DNA from: Hyphomicrobium sp.
GTDB lineage: Bacteria; Pseudomonadota; Alphaproteobacteria; Rhizobiales; Hyphomicrobiaceae
Direction of reading: 5' to 3'
DNA length: 33,657 nt
Assembly (NCBI GenBank): GCA_031380225.1
Contig: JANNFX010000024.1
Span: 1 to 33,657, forward strand
In this document: piece after piece, positions 19,385-26,486 of the stretch
Numbering within the stretch: position 1 is the first letter of the stretch
How the letters are laid out: each line of letters opens with the position of its first letter
The notes under the pieces: generated by a model
What the model saw: only the letters and a program-made list of their open reading frames with translations
Told to the model about the DNA's origin: nothing
Database searches by the model: none
Program-made: the position numbers and the translations under genes

Positions 19385-19714
19385 ATGGCTAAAAAAGAAG
19401 AGGACGAAAGTGCCAAAAAGCGGCGCACAAATCGTCCCTTTCCAGCAGCCACTTTCGAAGAACCCCTGGCATTTGCGAAATCCATGTTGGATTTTGGAAG
19501 CGGCCAGCAGGTCCGATCAGCCCCACCCACGCACAGAGACTCGGGTCAAGCACCCACTCGCGCCACCCCACCGCTGTCATCCTCGGGCTTGGCCCGAGGA
19601 CCCATTTGTCCGTTGGTGTGGGTGACGATAGAAGTGCCCGTGGCGCTTACGGCGCAAAGAATTTGGCGGCAAGTTTTGCTGCTTGATGGGTCCTCGGGCC
19701 AAGCCCGAGGATGA
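19385..19714 (+). CDS. Small basic hypothetical protein (MAKKEEDESAKKRRTNRPFPAATFEEPLAFAKSMLDFGSGQQVR…) whose 3' third is encoded by a palindromic repeat element.
   Basis: A strong SD (GGAGAG) lies 5 nt upstream of the ATG at 19385. The C-terminal …SSGLARGP…SSGQARG* is the translation of the two inverted repeat copies, so the true C-terminus is uncertain. Confidence 0.4.
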   Translation: MAKKEEDESAKKRRTNRPFPAATFEEPLAFAKSMLDFGSGQQVRSAPPTHRDSGQAPTRATPPLSSSGLARGPICPLVWVTIEVPVALTAQRIWRQVLLLDGSSGQARG

Positions 19715-19716
19715 CA
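19575..19716. repeat. Pair of 28-bp perfectly inverted repeat copies (tgtcatcctcgggcttggcccgaggacc at 19575-19602 and ggtcctcgggccaagcccgaggatgaca at 19689-19716) flanking 86 bp. Each copy is itself a palindrome (cctcgggc-ttg-gcccgagg). The element is MITE/REP-like.
   Basis: The two copies are exact reverse complements, as confirmed by direct sequence comparison. Confidence 0.55.
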
Positions 19717-19773
19717 TCCAGGTTGGATTAGGCAATGGCGTGACTGCGCCAAAGTTTGCCAACCCCGCCACAC

Positions 19774-20445
19774 CTACCTGCCCGCCACCAGCGCAGAGAT
19801 CAGCGCGCCTTGCAGGCCAGTGAGCAGGATTTGCACGCCAATGCAGAGCAGTAGAAATGCTGACAGCCGGTTCAAGACACGCGCCCTTGCGGGTCCAAGT
19901 AATGTGACGACGCGGTCGGCTGAAGCGTAGCAAATGCCAACCGAGATCGCGACGACAAGCGCCGCTGCCGAGAGGCCTGCAAAAAACGGCACCAATTCGA
20001 CGCCCGTCGATGGACGGCTGGCACTCAATGCGATGGCGACCGAAATCGTGCCGGGTCCAGTGGTGAATGGCATCGTCAGCGGAAAGAACGCGACATCGGC
20101 GGCACCCGCAGCCGGTGCGGCTTGTTCCTGTTTGCGGCTTTCGGTTTGTTGCGAATAGGACAGCATCTCCCAAGCGCTCGCCGCCACGACCAAGCCGCCT
20201 GCCACGCGCAAGGCTTCGATGCTGACGCCGAAGAAACTCATCAACCAGGCGCCGATCCACAGTGACGACAGCATAACAATGGCTGAATAACTCGCGACCC
20301 GCCACGCCAACGCGACGCGTTCGGCACGGTCGCGTTCGACTGTGACTTGATGATAAATGAGCGCGCCGCCAAACGGGTTTACAATCGAGAACAACGCCGG
20401 CAGGGCGACCAGAAAACTCCCGGATACGCTGCCAAAAAGCGTCAT
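19774..20445 (-). CDS. MarC family (UPF0056/NAAT) integral membrane protein.
   Basis: The 223-aa protein has the N-terminus MTLFGSVSGSFLVALPALFSIVNPFGGALIY, typical of MarC-family proteins, and about 6 transmembrane segments. Confidence 0.8.
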   Translation of the reverse strand: MTLFGSVSGSFLVALPALFSIVNPFGGALIYHQVTVERDRAERVALAWRVASYSAIVMLSSLWIGAWLMSFFGVSIEALRVAGGLVVAASAWEMLSYSQQTESRKQEQAAPAAGAADVAFFPLTMPFTTGPGTISVAIALSASRPSTGVELVPFFAGLSAAALVVAISVGICYASADRVVTLLGPARARVLNRLSAFLLLCIGVQILLTGLQGALISALVAGR

Positions 20446-20517
20446 CGATGTCCCCTATTGGGCTGGCCAATCAGGTGAGTGCCTACACCGGTTCGGTTGC
20501 TATTGCCAATGTGGCTC

Positions 20518-21624
20518 CTACACTGCTGGTTGTTCGTGGGTGGCGCAATGAATACCGCCACCAGTTTCACCAATGGGGTCGACGTTGAGTGCGACGACTT
20601 CACGGCCAGGATACAACTTGTTCAACGTATTAACTGCCTCTCGGTCAGTAACTGGGTCCCCAAACTCAGCTGATATCACGGCTCCGTTGCAGACGTAGTA
20701 ATTGACATATGAGGCCACGAAATCGGTAGACGTCACGCGTGGTTTACTGGGTTCGGGCAGCATGACAATCTCGAACGGCTGACCACGCGCGTCACGCGCC
20801 GCTTTGAGAATGCCGTGCGTCTCAAAGGCTGACTTGCTCCAAGGATCATCCGGGTCAATTTCCTTCGGCATCTGGATAACAACGACACCAGGGCGAACGA
20901 ACCGCGCCAGAGCATCGATGTGATAATCCGTTATGTCAGCGCCTTTGATTCCTGGCGCCCAAATTAGCGACTTGGCACCAAGCGCCTCGAGCAGCAGACC
21001 TTCGACCTTATCACGACCCATGCGGTTGCGGTTGGCAATCACCCATGAGCTTTCATGCGCAATCAGCGTGCCGGACCCGTCTTGCTCAACGCCACCCGCT
21101 TCGCCGGTGAGACCGTTGTCATAAACTGTAAGCCCAAGGCGTTCGGCAACGCGGCGCGCGATCTGGCCGTCATTGGAATGCACTTGTTTGTTGCCCCATC
21201 CGTTAAAGTTGAGCTGTGTCACCGCAAGCCCACCCTTGCCGTCAACCACAAACGAAGGTCCGGAATCGCGGCACCACAGGTCATCGGTCGCGATATCCCA
21301 AATCTCGACCTTGGCTGAGAGCTTCTTGCGAGCCATCCCCTGGTGCTCGTTAGCCATCAATACGACGACTGGCTCGAACTCAGAAATAGTGTTGGCTAGC
21401 TGAGCAATTGTTCCCTGCAGAATTTGCAGGAATACCCCGTCAGTATGAACCGTCCTGTTGACCGGCCATTGCATGAAGGTCCGGAGATGCCGGCCGGCCT
21501 CCTCCGGCAGGTAAAATCCCGCAGGCAAAGCCGTGCGCCTCGCCTGCCCGGCAAAGGATGCACTTGACATAGTCGCTCCAAAACTCAGCGCTGAAGATAG
21601 GAGAAATTGACGGCGGCTTTGCAT
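20518..21624 (-). CDS. Agmatine deiminase / Porphyromonas-type peptidyl-arginine deiminase family protein with a twin-arginine (Tat) signal peptide.
   Basis: The Tat signal is MQSRRQFLLSSALSFGATMSSASFA. The motifs …WCRDSGP… and the C-terminal …GGGIHCATHEQP (catalytic Cys) match the agmatine deiminase family. The start was set at the Tat-signal Met (21624), while the ORF maximum extends to 21660. Confidence 0.75.
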   Translation of the reverse strand: MQSRRQFLLSSALSFGATMSSASFAGQARRTALPAGFYLPEEAGRHLRTFMQWPVNRTVHTDGVFLQILQGTIAQLANTISEFEPVVVLMANEHQGMARKKLSAKVEIWDIATDDLWCRDSGPSFVVDGKGGLAVTQLNFNGWGNKQVHSNDGQIARRVAERLGLTVYDNGLTGEAGGVEQDGSGTLIAHESSWVIANRNRMGRDKVEGLLLEALGAKSLIWAPGIKGADITDYHIDALARFVRPGVVVIQMPKEIDPDDPWSKSAFETHGILKAARDARGQPFEIVMLPEPSKPRVTSTDFVASYVNYYVCNGAVISAEFGDPVTDREAVNTLNKLYPGREVVALNVDPIGETGGGIHCATHEQPAV

Positions 21625-21715
21625 CGTAAGAACTCCGTCTAACAATGTTGAGATGGCCACTCATCGACGTCACTAGTCAATATTGGAAAGTGGTCTAAGC
21701 GGCCAACTACGTATC

Positions 21716-22243
21716 TTAAGCCGCCAGCATTATCTCCAAATAACCGTCCAACTGGTCGAAGGTGCCGCCGTAGCCGCCGGTCATGGAGGCGAACATGCCT
21801 TCAAAGAATAGGCGTTCTTCATCAGTCGCATTGACTGGCAGGCTATGCAGCGTGATCGTGGTCTTGCCAGCCTGCTCGCTGAAGGTGACCGTGTTTTCCA
21901 TTTGCAGCGGAATGGCTCCGGGAAAAGGAGCGCGCGCAACTTCGCCCGTCTCATCGGCAAATCCGTTGAGGAACACGAGGCGTTCGGGCGGCGCTATGTC
22001 GACAAATGTGAAGCGGCCCCACATTACGGCGCCGGTCGAATAGCGCATCGCGTAATGGAACATGCCACCGGTCCGAAAATCGAATTTCAGCACTTCGATC
22101 TTTGAACCCTTCGGTCCCCACCAATGTTGCAAGTGTTTGGCTTCAGTCCACGCCTTCCATACGAGATCGCGTGGCGCATTGAAGGCTCGTGTGATGACGA
22201 ACGGCTGACCTAGCAAGGCTTCATTTCCTGTTCTTTCGGCCAT
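21716..22243 (-). CDS. SRPBCC superfamily protein (AHSA1/activator-of-Hsp90-ATPase-like, polyketide-cyclase fold).
   Basis: The start MAERTGNEALLGQPFVITRAFNAPRDLVWKAWTEAKHLQHWWGP is preceded by AAGGAG 8 nt upstream. This start overlaps the ArsR gene end by 23 nt. The ORF maximum extends to 22414. Confidence 0.7.
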   Translation of the reverse strand: MAERTGNEALLGQPFVITRAFNAPRDLVWKAWTEAKHLQHWWGPKGSKIEVLKFDFRTGGMFHYAMRYSTGAVMWGRFTFVDIAPPERLVFLNGFADETGEVARAPFPGAIPLQMENTVTFSEQAGKTTITLHSLPVNATDEERLFFEGMFASMTGGYGGTFDQLDGYLEIMLAA

Positions 22244-22580
22244 TTCTTTTCTCCTTGGCTTGCAGCACGCGAAGGTAGCCCTCAAGGCGATCGAACCTTT
22301 CTTCCCAGAACTGGCGATAGTACTCAAGCCAGTCATCAGCGGTTTTGAGTGGACCGGCTTCGAGCTTGCAGGGACGCCATTGCGCTTCCCGTCCGCGCGA
22401 TATGAGACCAGCATGTTCCAGCACCTTGAGATGCTTGGAGATGGCAGGGAGGCTCATATCGAACGGCTTTGCCAGCTCGGTCACGGCCGTTTCACCAAGC
22501 GCGAGCTTGGCCAGAATTGCCCGCCTTGTCGGGTCAGCTAGAGCGGCGAATGTGGTGCTAAGTTGATCCTGAGGCGTCAT
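22221..22580 (-). CDS. ArsR/SmtB family transcriptional regulator.
   Basis: The 119-aa protein has an HTH region …LADPTRRAILAKLALGETAVTELAKPFDMSLPAISKHLKVLEHAGLI…. Pairing with an SRPBCC partner is a common arrangement. Confidence 0.8.
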   Translation of the reverse strand: MTPQDQLSTTFAALADPTRRAILAKLALGETAVTELAKPFDMSLPAISKHLKVLEHAGLISRGREAQWRPCKLEAGPLKTADDWLEYYRQFWEERFDRLEGYLRVLQAKEKRNGRKNRK

Positions 22581-22583
22581 TAT

Positions 22584-22625
22584 TAAACCATATGGTTATG
22601 TAACCGTTCGGTTTATTACGCTTGA
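22584..22625. promoter_or_regulatory. Putative ArsR operator. Two adjacent 12-bp palindromes, AACCATATGGTT and AACCGTTCGGTT, lie immediately upstream of the ArsR start.
   Basis: The sequence is ttattAAACCATATGGTTatgtAACCGTTCGGTTtattacg at 22585-22625. ArsR/SmtB regulators bind such 12-2-12-type inverted repeats overlapping their own promoter. Confidence 0.35.
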
Positions 22626-23146
22626 AAATTCATTGTGTCAACAGCGCTTCCGCAGTTCTATGCGAGCCAGCAAATTGCGGAACTATCGCCAAATCCCTGC
22701 GCTTGCATCTGGCTTCCAGCAAACGCCTGGCAAACCGCATAGCGTTTGGAATATTATCTGAAGAGGGATTTGTCCTCGACTGAAGTTCGAACCAAGCCAA
22801 GTCATGCAAGGCATGGCTTGGAACGCTAGCGAAGGCTGTCACGAAAACGATTAGGGAAATTCGGGGGAAAAGCGGCGCTCATACTCTTTAGTTTCGCAGC
22901 TGTTCTCTATTCCGCTGCGCTTGGATTTGCATCGAAGAGTTGCGCCGAACCTCATCGTTCCAGCTGATCTCTGGCTCTGGATAGAGCTTCGCATTAATAA
23001 ACGAGACCAAGGCATCAATAAATAGCAGCATGATAAGTCTCCCAATGTCTGGCTCCAGCAACCGGAACCCTTTGTTGAGTGCAACATGCGCCTGGCGCTC
23101 TGCCAGGACAAACGGCATTGCTTTACAGCTCGTGTAAGTTTTTGTT

Positions 23147-24124
23147 ATGTGCGCCATGGCGCGCAGACTTCCATCCCTGAATGCTCTCAGAGCATTTGAA
23201 ACCGCAGCGAGGCATGTCAGCTTTTCGCTGGCCGCAGCGGAGTTGAACGTAAGTCACGCCGCCATCAGCCGCCATATTCGCGAGCTTGAGGCCTGGCTCA
23301 GCACCAAACTATTTCATCGCACCGGCCGTGGTGTTGAGCTAACCGGCGAGGGCGAAGCATTCGCGCGCGACTTGACCCCGGCCTTCGATGCCTTGGCAGA
23401 AGCCACCGGTCGTTTTGCCGTTCCACGCGGACGTCACCAGTTAGTGATCAGTTCTGAAGTACCATTTGCCGCTCTATGGCTGGTGCCACGGCTTGGACGA
23501 TTCACGGCTATGCACCCCGAAATCGATCTCGTCCTAGACCCGACTGACCGCTTAGTCGATTTCTCGAAGAGCGAAGCAGACCTCGGCATCCGCTATGGTC
23601 AAGGCAAATGGCGCGACACTGAGGCCGTTAAGTTGATCGAATCCAATTTCTCTCCAGTCTGCAGTCCGGAATTTGCAAAAAAAAGCGCGATACAATCGCC
23701 GCGCGATTTGGGAAGCACGACACTGCTGCAAGAGCAGAGCAAACAACACTGGATTGATTGGCTAACAGCCGCTGGGGTAGCTGACATTATTTCCGCAAAT
23801 GGCCCGACACTCAAAGGCCATTTGGCACTGGCTGCAGCCGAAGCCGGGCAAGGGTTTGCATTGGCGGACGACATCACGGCCGGCGACGCTTTGGTGGCCA
23901 ACCGGTTGGTCAGGCCATTTGATATTACAGTTCGCGATCATAGCTACTATCTGGTGCATGGCGCTGGTGTGAAACCATGTGAACAAGCCAGCGCATTTCA
24001 TGACTGGCTGACGGCGGAACTAGCAGTGTCGGTCAAGGCGTTACAGGCGCTGAAACGGGAACGAACTCCGCTTCCAACATTTAAATCTGAGTTGCGGAAG
24101 GCCAAATTGGGCGGAGACTTATAG
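23147..24124 (+). CDS. LysR-family transcriptional regulator (GcvA/AmpR-like). An alternative start is at 23156 (MARRLPSLNALRAF…).
   Basis: The N-terminal HTH is LNALRAFETAARHVSFSLAAAELNVSHAAISRHIRELEAWLSTKLFHRTGRGVELT. At 325 aa it also has a LysR substrate-binding domain. Confidence 0.8.
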   Translation: MCAMARRLPSLNALRAFETAARHVSFSLAAAELNVSHAAISRHIRELEAWLSTKLFHRTGRGVELTGEGEAFARDLTPAFDALAEATGRFAVPRGRHQLVISSEVPFAALWLVPRLGRFTAMHPEIDLVLDPTDRLVDFSKSEADLGIRYGQGKWRDTEAVKLIESNFSPVCSPEFAKKSAIQSPRDLGSTTLLQEQSKQHWIDWLTAAGVADIISANGPTLKGHLALAAAEAGQGFALADDITAGDALVANRLVRPFDITVRDHSYYLVHGAGVKPCEQASAFHDWLTAELAVSVKALQALKRERTPLPTFKSELRKAKLGGDL

Positions 24125-24215
24125 AACTGTGGATATGCTCTGGATTGGCACCGATCTGAAGTTTTGTCTACAAAGGCGCCGTCTCGCCGCTCAGCCGTTT
24201 AACACTTGGTCGTCA

Positions 24216-24674
24216 ATGTTGGTCACCTCCCGAAAACTCCTGATTGCTGCAGTCGCGCTAGCACTTGCTGCGTGCTCCTCATCTGAGCAGATTGGCGGAA
24301 CAGCCGTTACTGCGCCTGCCGCTGCAGGCGCCCCAACGCAGGATACTGCAACGCGCGCAATGCCCGTCGTCGCCGGGCGGCCGTCGCGTGTGTTCGTGAT
24401 GGCTGGCTTTGGCAACAACTGTGAACCGGTCCCGGCGCCGAACATCACCATCACCGAGCCCGCCAAGCAGGGCGATCTTTCTTTCGTCGTTGGCCAAGAC
24501 ACGACGATTGCGGCGTCATCGAAAGGAACCTGTGTTGGTCAAAAAGCCAAGGGCACCGGCATTTATTACACAGCACGAGTTGGCTCGACCGGCACCGACC
24601 GCTTCACAGTCACAGCCCAACTCGCCAGCGGCGAAAGCACAACGCGCACATTTGAGGTTAGTATCGCTGAGTAG
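24216..24674 (+). CDS. Putative lipoprotein with no recognised domain.
   Basis: The lipoprotein signal MLVTSRKLLIAAVALALAAC-SSS has the lipobox LAAC. The ORF maximum begins upstream at 24129. The gene lies immediately downstream of the LysR gene on the same strand. Confidence 0.5.
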   Translation: MLVTSRKLLIAAVALALAACSSSEQIGGTAVTAPAAAGAPTQDTATRAMPVVAGRPSRVFVMAGFGNNCEPVPAPNITITEPAKQGDLSFVVGQDTTIAASSKGTCVGQKAKGTGIYYTARVGSTGTDRFTVTAQLASGESTTRTFEVSIAE

Positions 24675-24685
24675 AGCCAAGTCAC

Positions 24686-25852
24686 TCAACTCTTTAAGTT
24701 GTCAGCCTTGTCAGCGCTCAACCGGTAGAGGTTGTTGAGCAGGGCGTCGAAGCCACCCGCGCCCGCGCCTGCGTGCAGATCAATGCGGCCGACCTTTTCA
24801 ACGAGCTTCTCCAACGCTTCGAGCTCCTTCAAGCGCAGAAGCAACGGATTGTCTTCCATCAGCTTCGAAGTGTTCAGCAACGACCGCGTTGCAGCCGTTT
24901 CCTCTTGACGCCGGATCAAGTTAGCCTTCGCCACCCGTTCCGCTTCGACAACCTTGTTCAACAGCTCGCGAATGTCACCCGGCAGGATGACATCCTTGAC
25001 GCCGATTTCGCCGACCTCCACGCCAAGCGTTGCCGCTCGCGCGGTCACGAAGGCCCGGACCTCATTGTCGATGCGGTCACGCGCCGCCAGGATTTCGTCG
25101 AGCGTGCGCGTGGCCACAGCTTCACGGATCGCGAACTGCACGAGCTTGTAGAGTGTGCCCGGCACGTCGGCAGCAGCCAGCGCGCTCTTTTCGGGATCGG
25201 TGATCCTGTAGAATGCGGTTAGTGTGACCCGAATACCGATGCGGTCCTTGGTCAGGATCTCCTGCGCCGTTACCTCGAGCGGCAGCGGACGCATGTCGAC
25301 CTTGGTGATCGTAACCGTACGGCCCACCTGCCAGAAGGCATGACGGCCGGGACCGAGACGCTCGACCTGGCGGCCATCAACAGCGAGCAGGCCCGTTTCA
25401 TGGGATGCGACGATGGCGTGTGCCACGACCGGCATTCTCGTGAAATCCAGCTTGTCCTGGTGCCGCTTGGCGACACGCATGTCGGCCGCCGTGTCGATGC
25501 GCTCAACCTCGACCGCGGTCAGCGTCTTCCAGAACGCCCGCGTCGTGTTCGGCAGAACCACGTGCTTGGGCTCGCCGTCGAACGAGACGATGGCAACTTC
25601 TGCCGGACCCGCCTGCACGATTTCGAAATGCGTTTCAGCAAGTTCCGGCTGTGTCTTTTCAAACAGCAGCGCCTTTTCGGCCGGGATTTCAGCGCGCACG
25701 ACCTTTACCACTTCCGACGTCAGCCGGTCGCGCGGATCGAATTGCGTGTAACGACCCGGCCCGAGCAACTGCTTGAAGCTGCCGTCTTGCGCCAGAAATG
25801 CACGCTCGTCGTCCTTTACAATGACGGTTGACCAAAGCCTCTTTCTCAACAT
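24686..25852 (-). CDS. SPFH/band-7 (stomatin/prohibitin/HflK-C superfamily) domain protein.
   Basis: The 388-aa protein has a PHB-domain-like central region and a C-terminal coiled-coil (…ELLNKVVEAERVAKANLIRRQEETAATRSLLNTSKLMEDNPLLLRLKELEALEKL…). Confidence 0.65.
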   Translation of the reverse strand: MLRKRLWSTVIVKDDERAFLAQDGSFKQLLGPGRYTQFDPRDRLTSEVVKVVRAEIPAEKALLFEKTQPELAETHFEIVQAGPAEVAIVSFDGEPKHVVLPNTTRAFWKTLTAVEVERIDTAADMRVAKRHQDKLDFTRMPVVAHAIVASHETGLLAVDGRQVERLGPGRHAFWQVGRTVTITKVDMRPLPLEVTAQEILTKDRIGIRVTLTAFYRITDPEKSALAAADVPGTLYKLVQFAIREAVATRTLDEILAARDRIDNEVRAFVTARAATLGVEVGEIGVKDVILPGDIRELLNKVVEAERVAKANLIRRQEETAATRSLLNTSKLMEDNPLLLRLKELEALEKLVEKVGRIDLHAGAGAGGFDALLNNLYRLSADKADNLKS

Positions 25853-26163
25853 TTTGAACTCCAGTACGTTTCTTGTTCTTGATATAAAAAAAGGTTGCCG
25901 GCCGCCGCCCCGCGCCGCGAACGCGGTCCGGAGCTTAAGCCGCGAGACTTGACCTTCCGTTTTGGGCTGCGGCCGCTGGCTCTCCGAAGAGAAACAACGC
26001 CGGGACCCGTAACTCCGGTTCTGCTTCGCGGCGGTATCCGCTCCGGCACAAAGCGCCGTGGCGTTTGCCGTTCCAGCATCACCCGCGGCCGAAGCTTTGA
26101 GATCAGTTGGTCAGGCGGGGAAGCAGCCGGCTTCCGGTGTATGAAATCGCTTTTCAGGCGATA

Positions 26164-26235
26164 GTTGCGAAGTGGGAGTCGAACCCACGACACCAAGATT
26201 AACAGTCTTGTGCTCTTCCACTGAGCTAGTCGCTT
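26164..26235 (-). tRNA. tRNA-Asn(GTT)-like gene, possibly a pseudogene. The D, anticodon and T arms are canonical, but only 4 of the 7 acceptor-stem pairs can form.
   Basis: The reverse complement reads AAGCGAC-TA-GCTC-AGTGGAA-GAGC-A-CAAGA-CTGTTAA-TCTTG-GTGTC-GTGGG-TTCGACT-CCCAC-TTCGCAA-C. The acceptor 5' strand AAGCGAC pairs with the 3' strand TTCGCAA at only 4 of 7 positions. No CCA is encoded. Confidence 0.5.
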
Positions 26236-26237
26236 GG

Positions 26238-26308
26238 AGGAACTGAAGGGAATCGAACCCCCGACACCCTGGTTAAAGCCAGATGCTCTGCCACTGAGCT
26301 ACAATCCC
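26238..26308 (-). tRNA. tRNA-like gene, Lys(UUU)-like, with an atypical anticodon arm. It has either a 6-nt loop CUUUAA on a perfect stem, or a 7-nt loop CUUUAAC giving anticodon UUA with one G•A stem mismatch. The acceptor stem has two G•U pairs.
   Basis: The reverse complement reads GGGATTG-TA-GCTC-AGTGGCA-GAGC-A-TCTGG-CTTTAA-CCAGG-GTGTC-GGGGG-TTCGATT-CCCTT-CAGTTCC-T. The T stem has two G•U pairs. The gene lies 2 nt from the tRNA-Asn-like gene. Confidence 0.4.
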
Positions 26309-26427
26309 GGAACCCGCAAAGAACGGAACACGCCCTCCGCATAGCGGCGCGCGCCAGCCAGGATTCAGAGAACCCGGACACAAAGTTCCACGAGGGAGGT
26401 GGTCAATAAGAGGATAAAGCAGGCAAA

Positions 26428-26470
26428 ATTATAGCGGACCACCTGCGACTCACGCCTTTCTGACCCAGAT
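26428..26470 (-). promoter_or_regulatory. Candidate sigma70-type promoter for the tRNA pair. A minus-strand TATAAT lies about 105-110 nt upstream of the tRNA 5' end.
   Basis: The reverse complement reads …ggcgtgagtcgcaggtggtccgcTATAATtttgcc… with a weak -35. Support is sequence-only. Confidence 0.25.
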
Positions 26471-26486
26471 AGGCGTCTGACAAGCC

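Noticed and set aside
19577-20470. 297-aa minus-strand ORF overlapping the MarC gene in another frame
   Set aside because: It overlaps the clearly recognisable MarC-family CDS on the same strand. It is Arg/Cys/Gly-rich, begins inside the repeat element, and is an artefact of GC-rich out-of-frame translation.
26110-26150. GGAAGCAGCC motif resembling the SRP (4.5S) RNA domain IV
   Set aside because: The surrounding sequence lacks the GGAA tetraloop-closing helix and the conserved UCAGGUCCGGAAGGAAGCAGCC context on either strand. The local hairpin GGAAGC-AGCCG-GCTTCC is too small and has the wrong topology.
25846-26196. 116-aa minus-strand ORF overlapping the tRNA-like gene and GC-rich spacer
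   Set aside because: It overlaps a tRNA-derived sequence. Its Arg/Pro/Ser-rich translation indicates a GC artefact.
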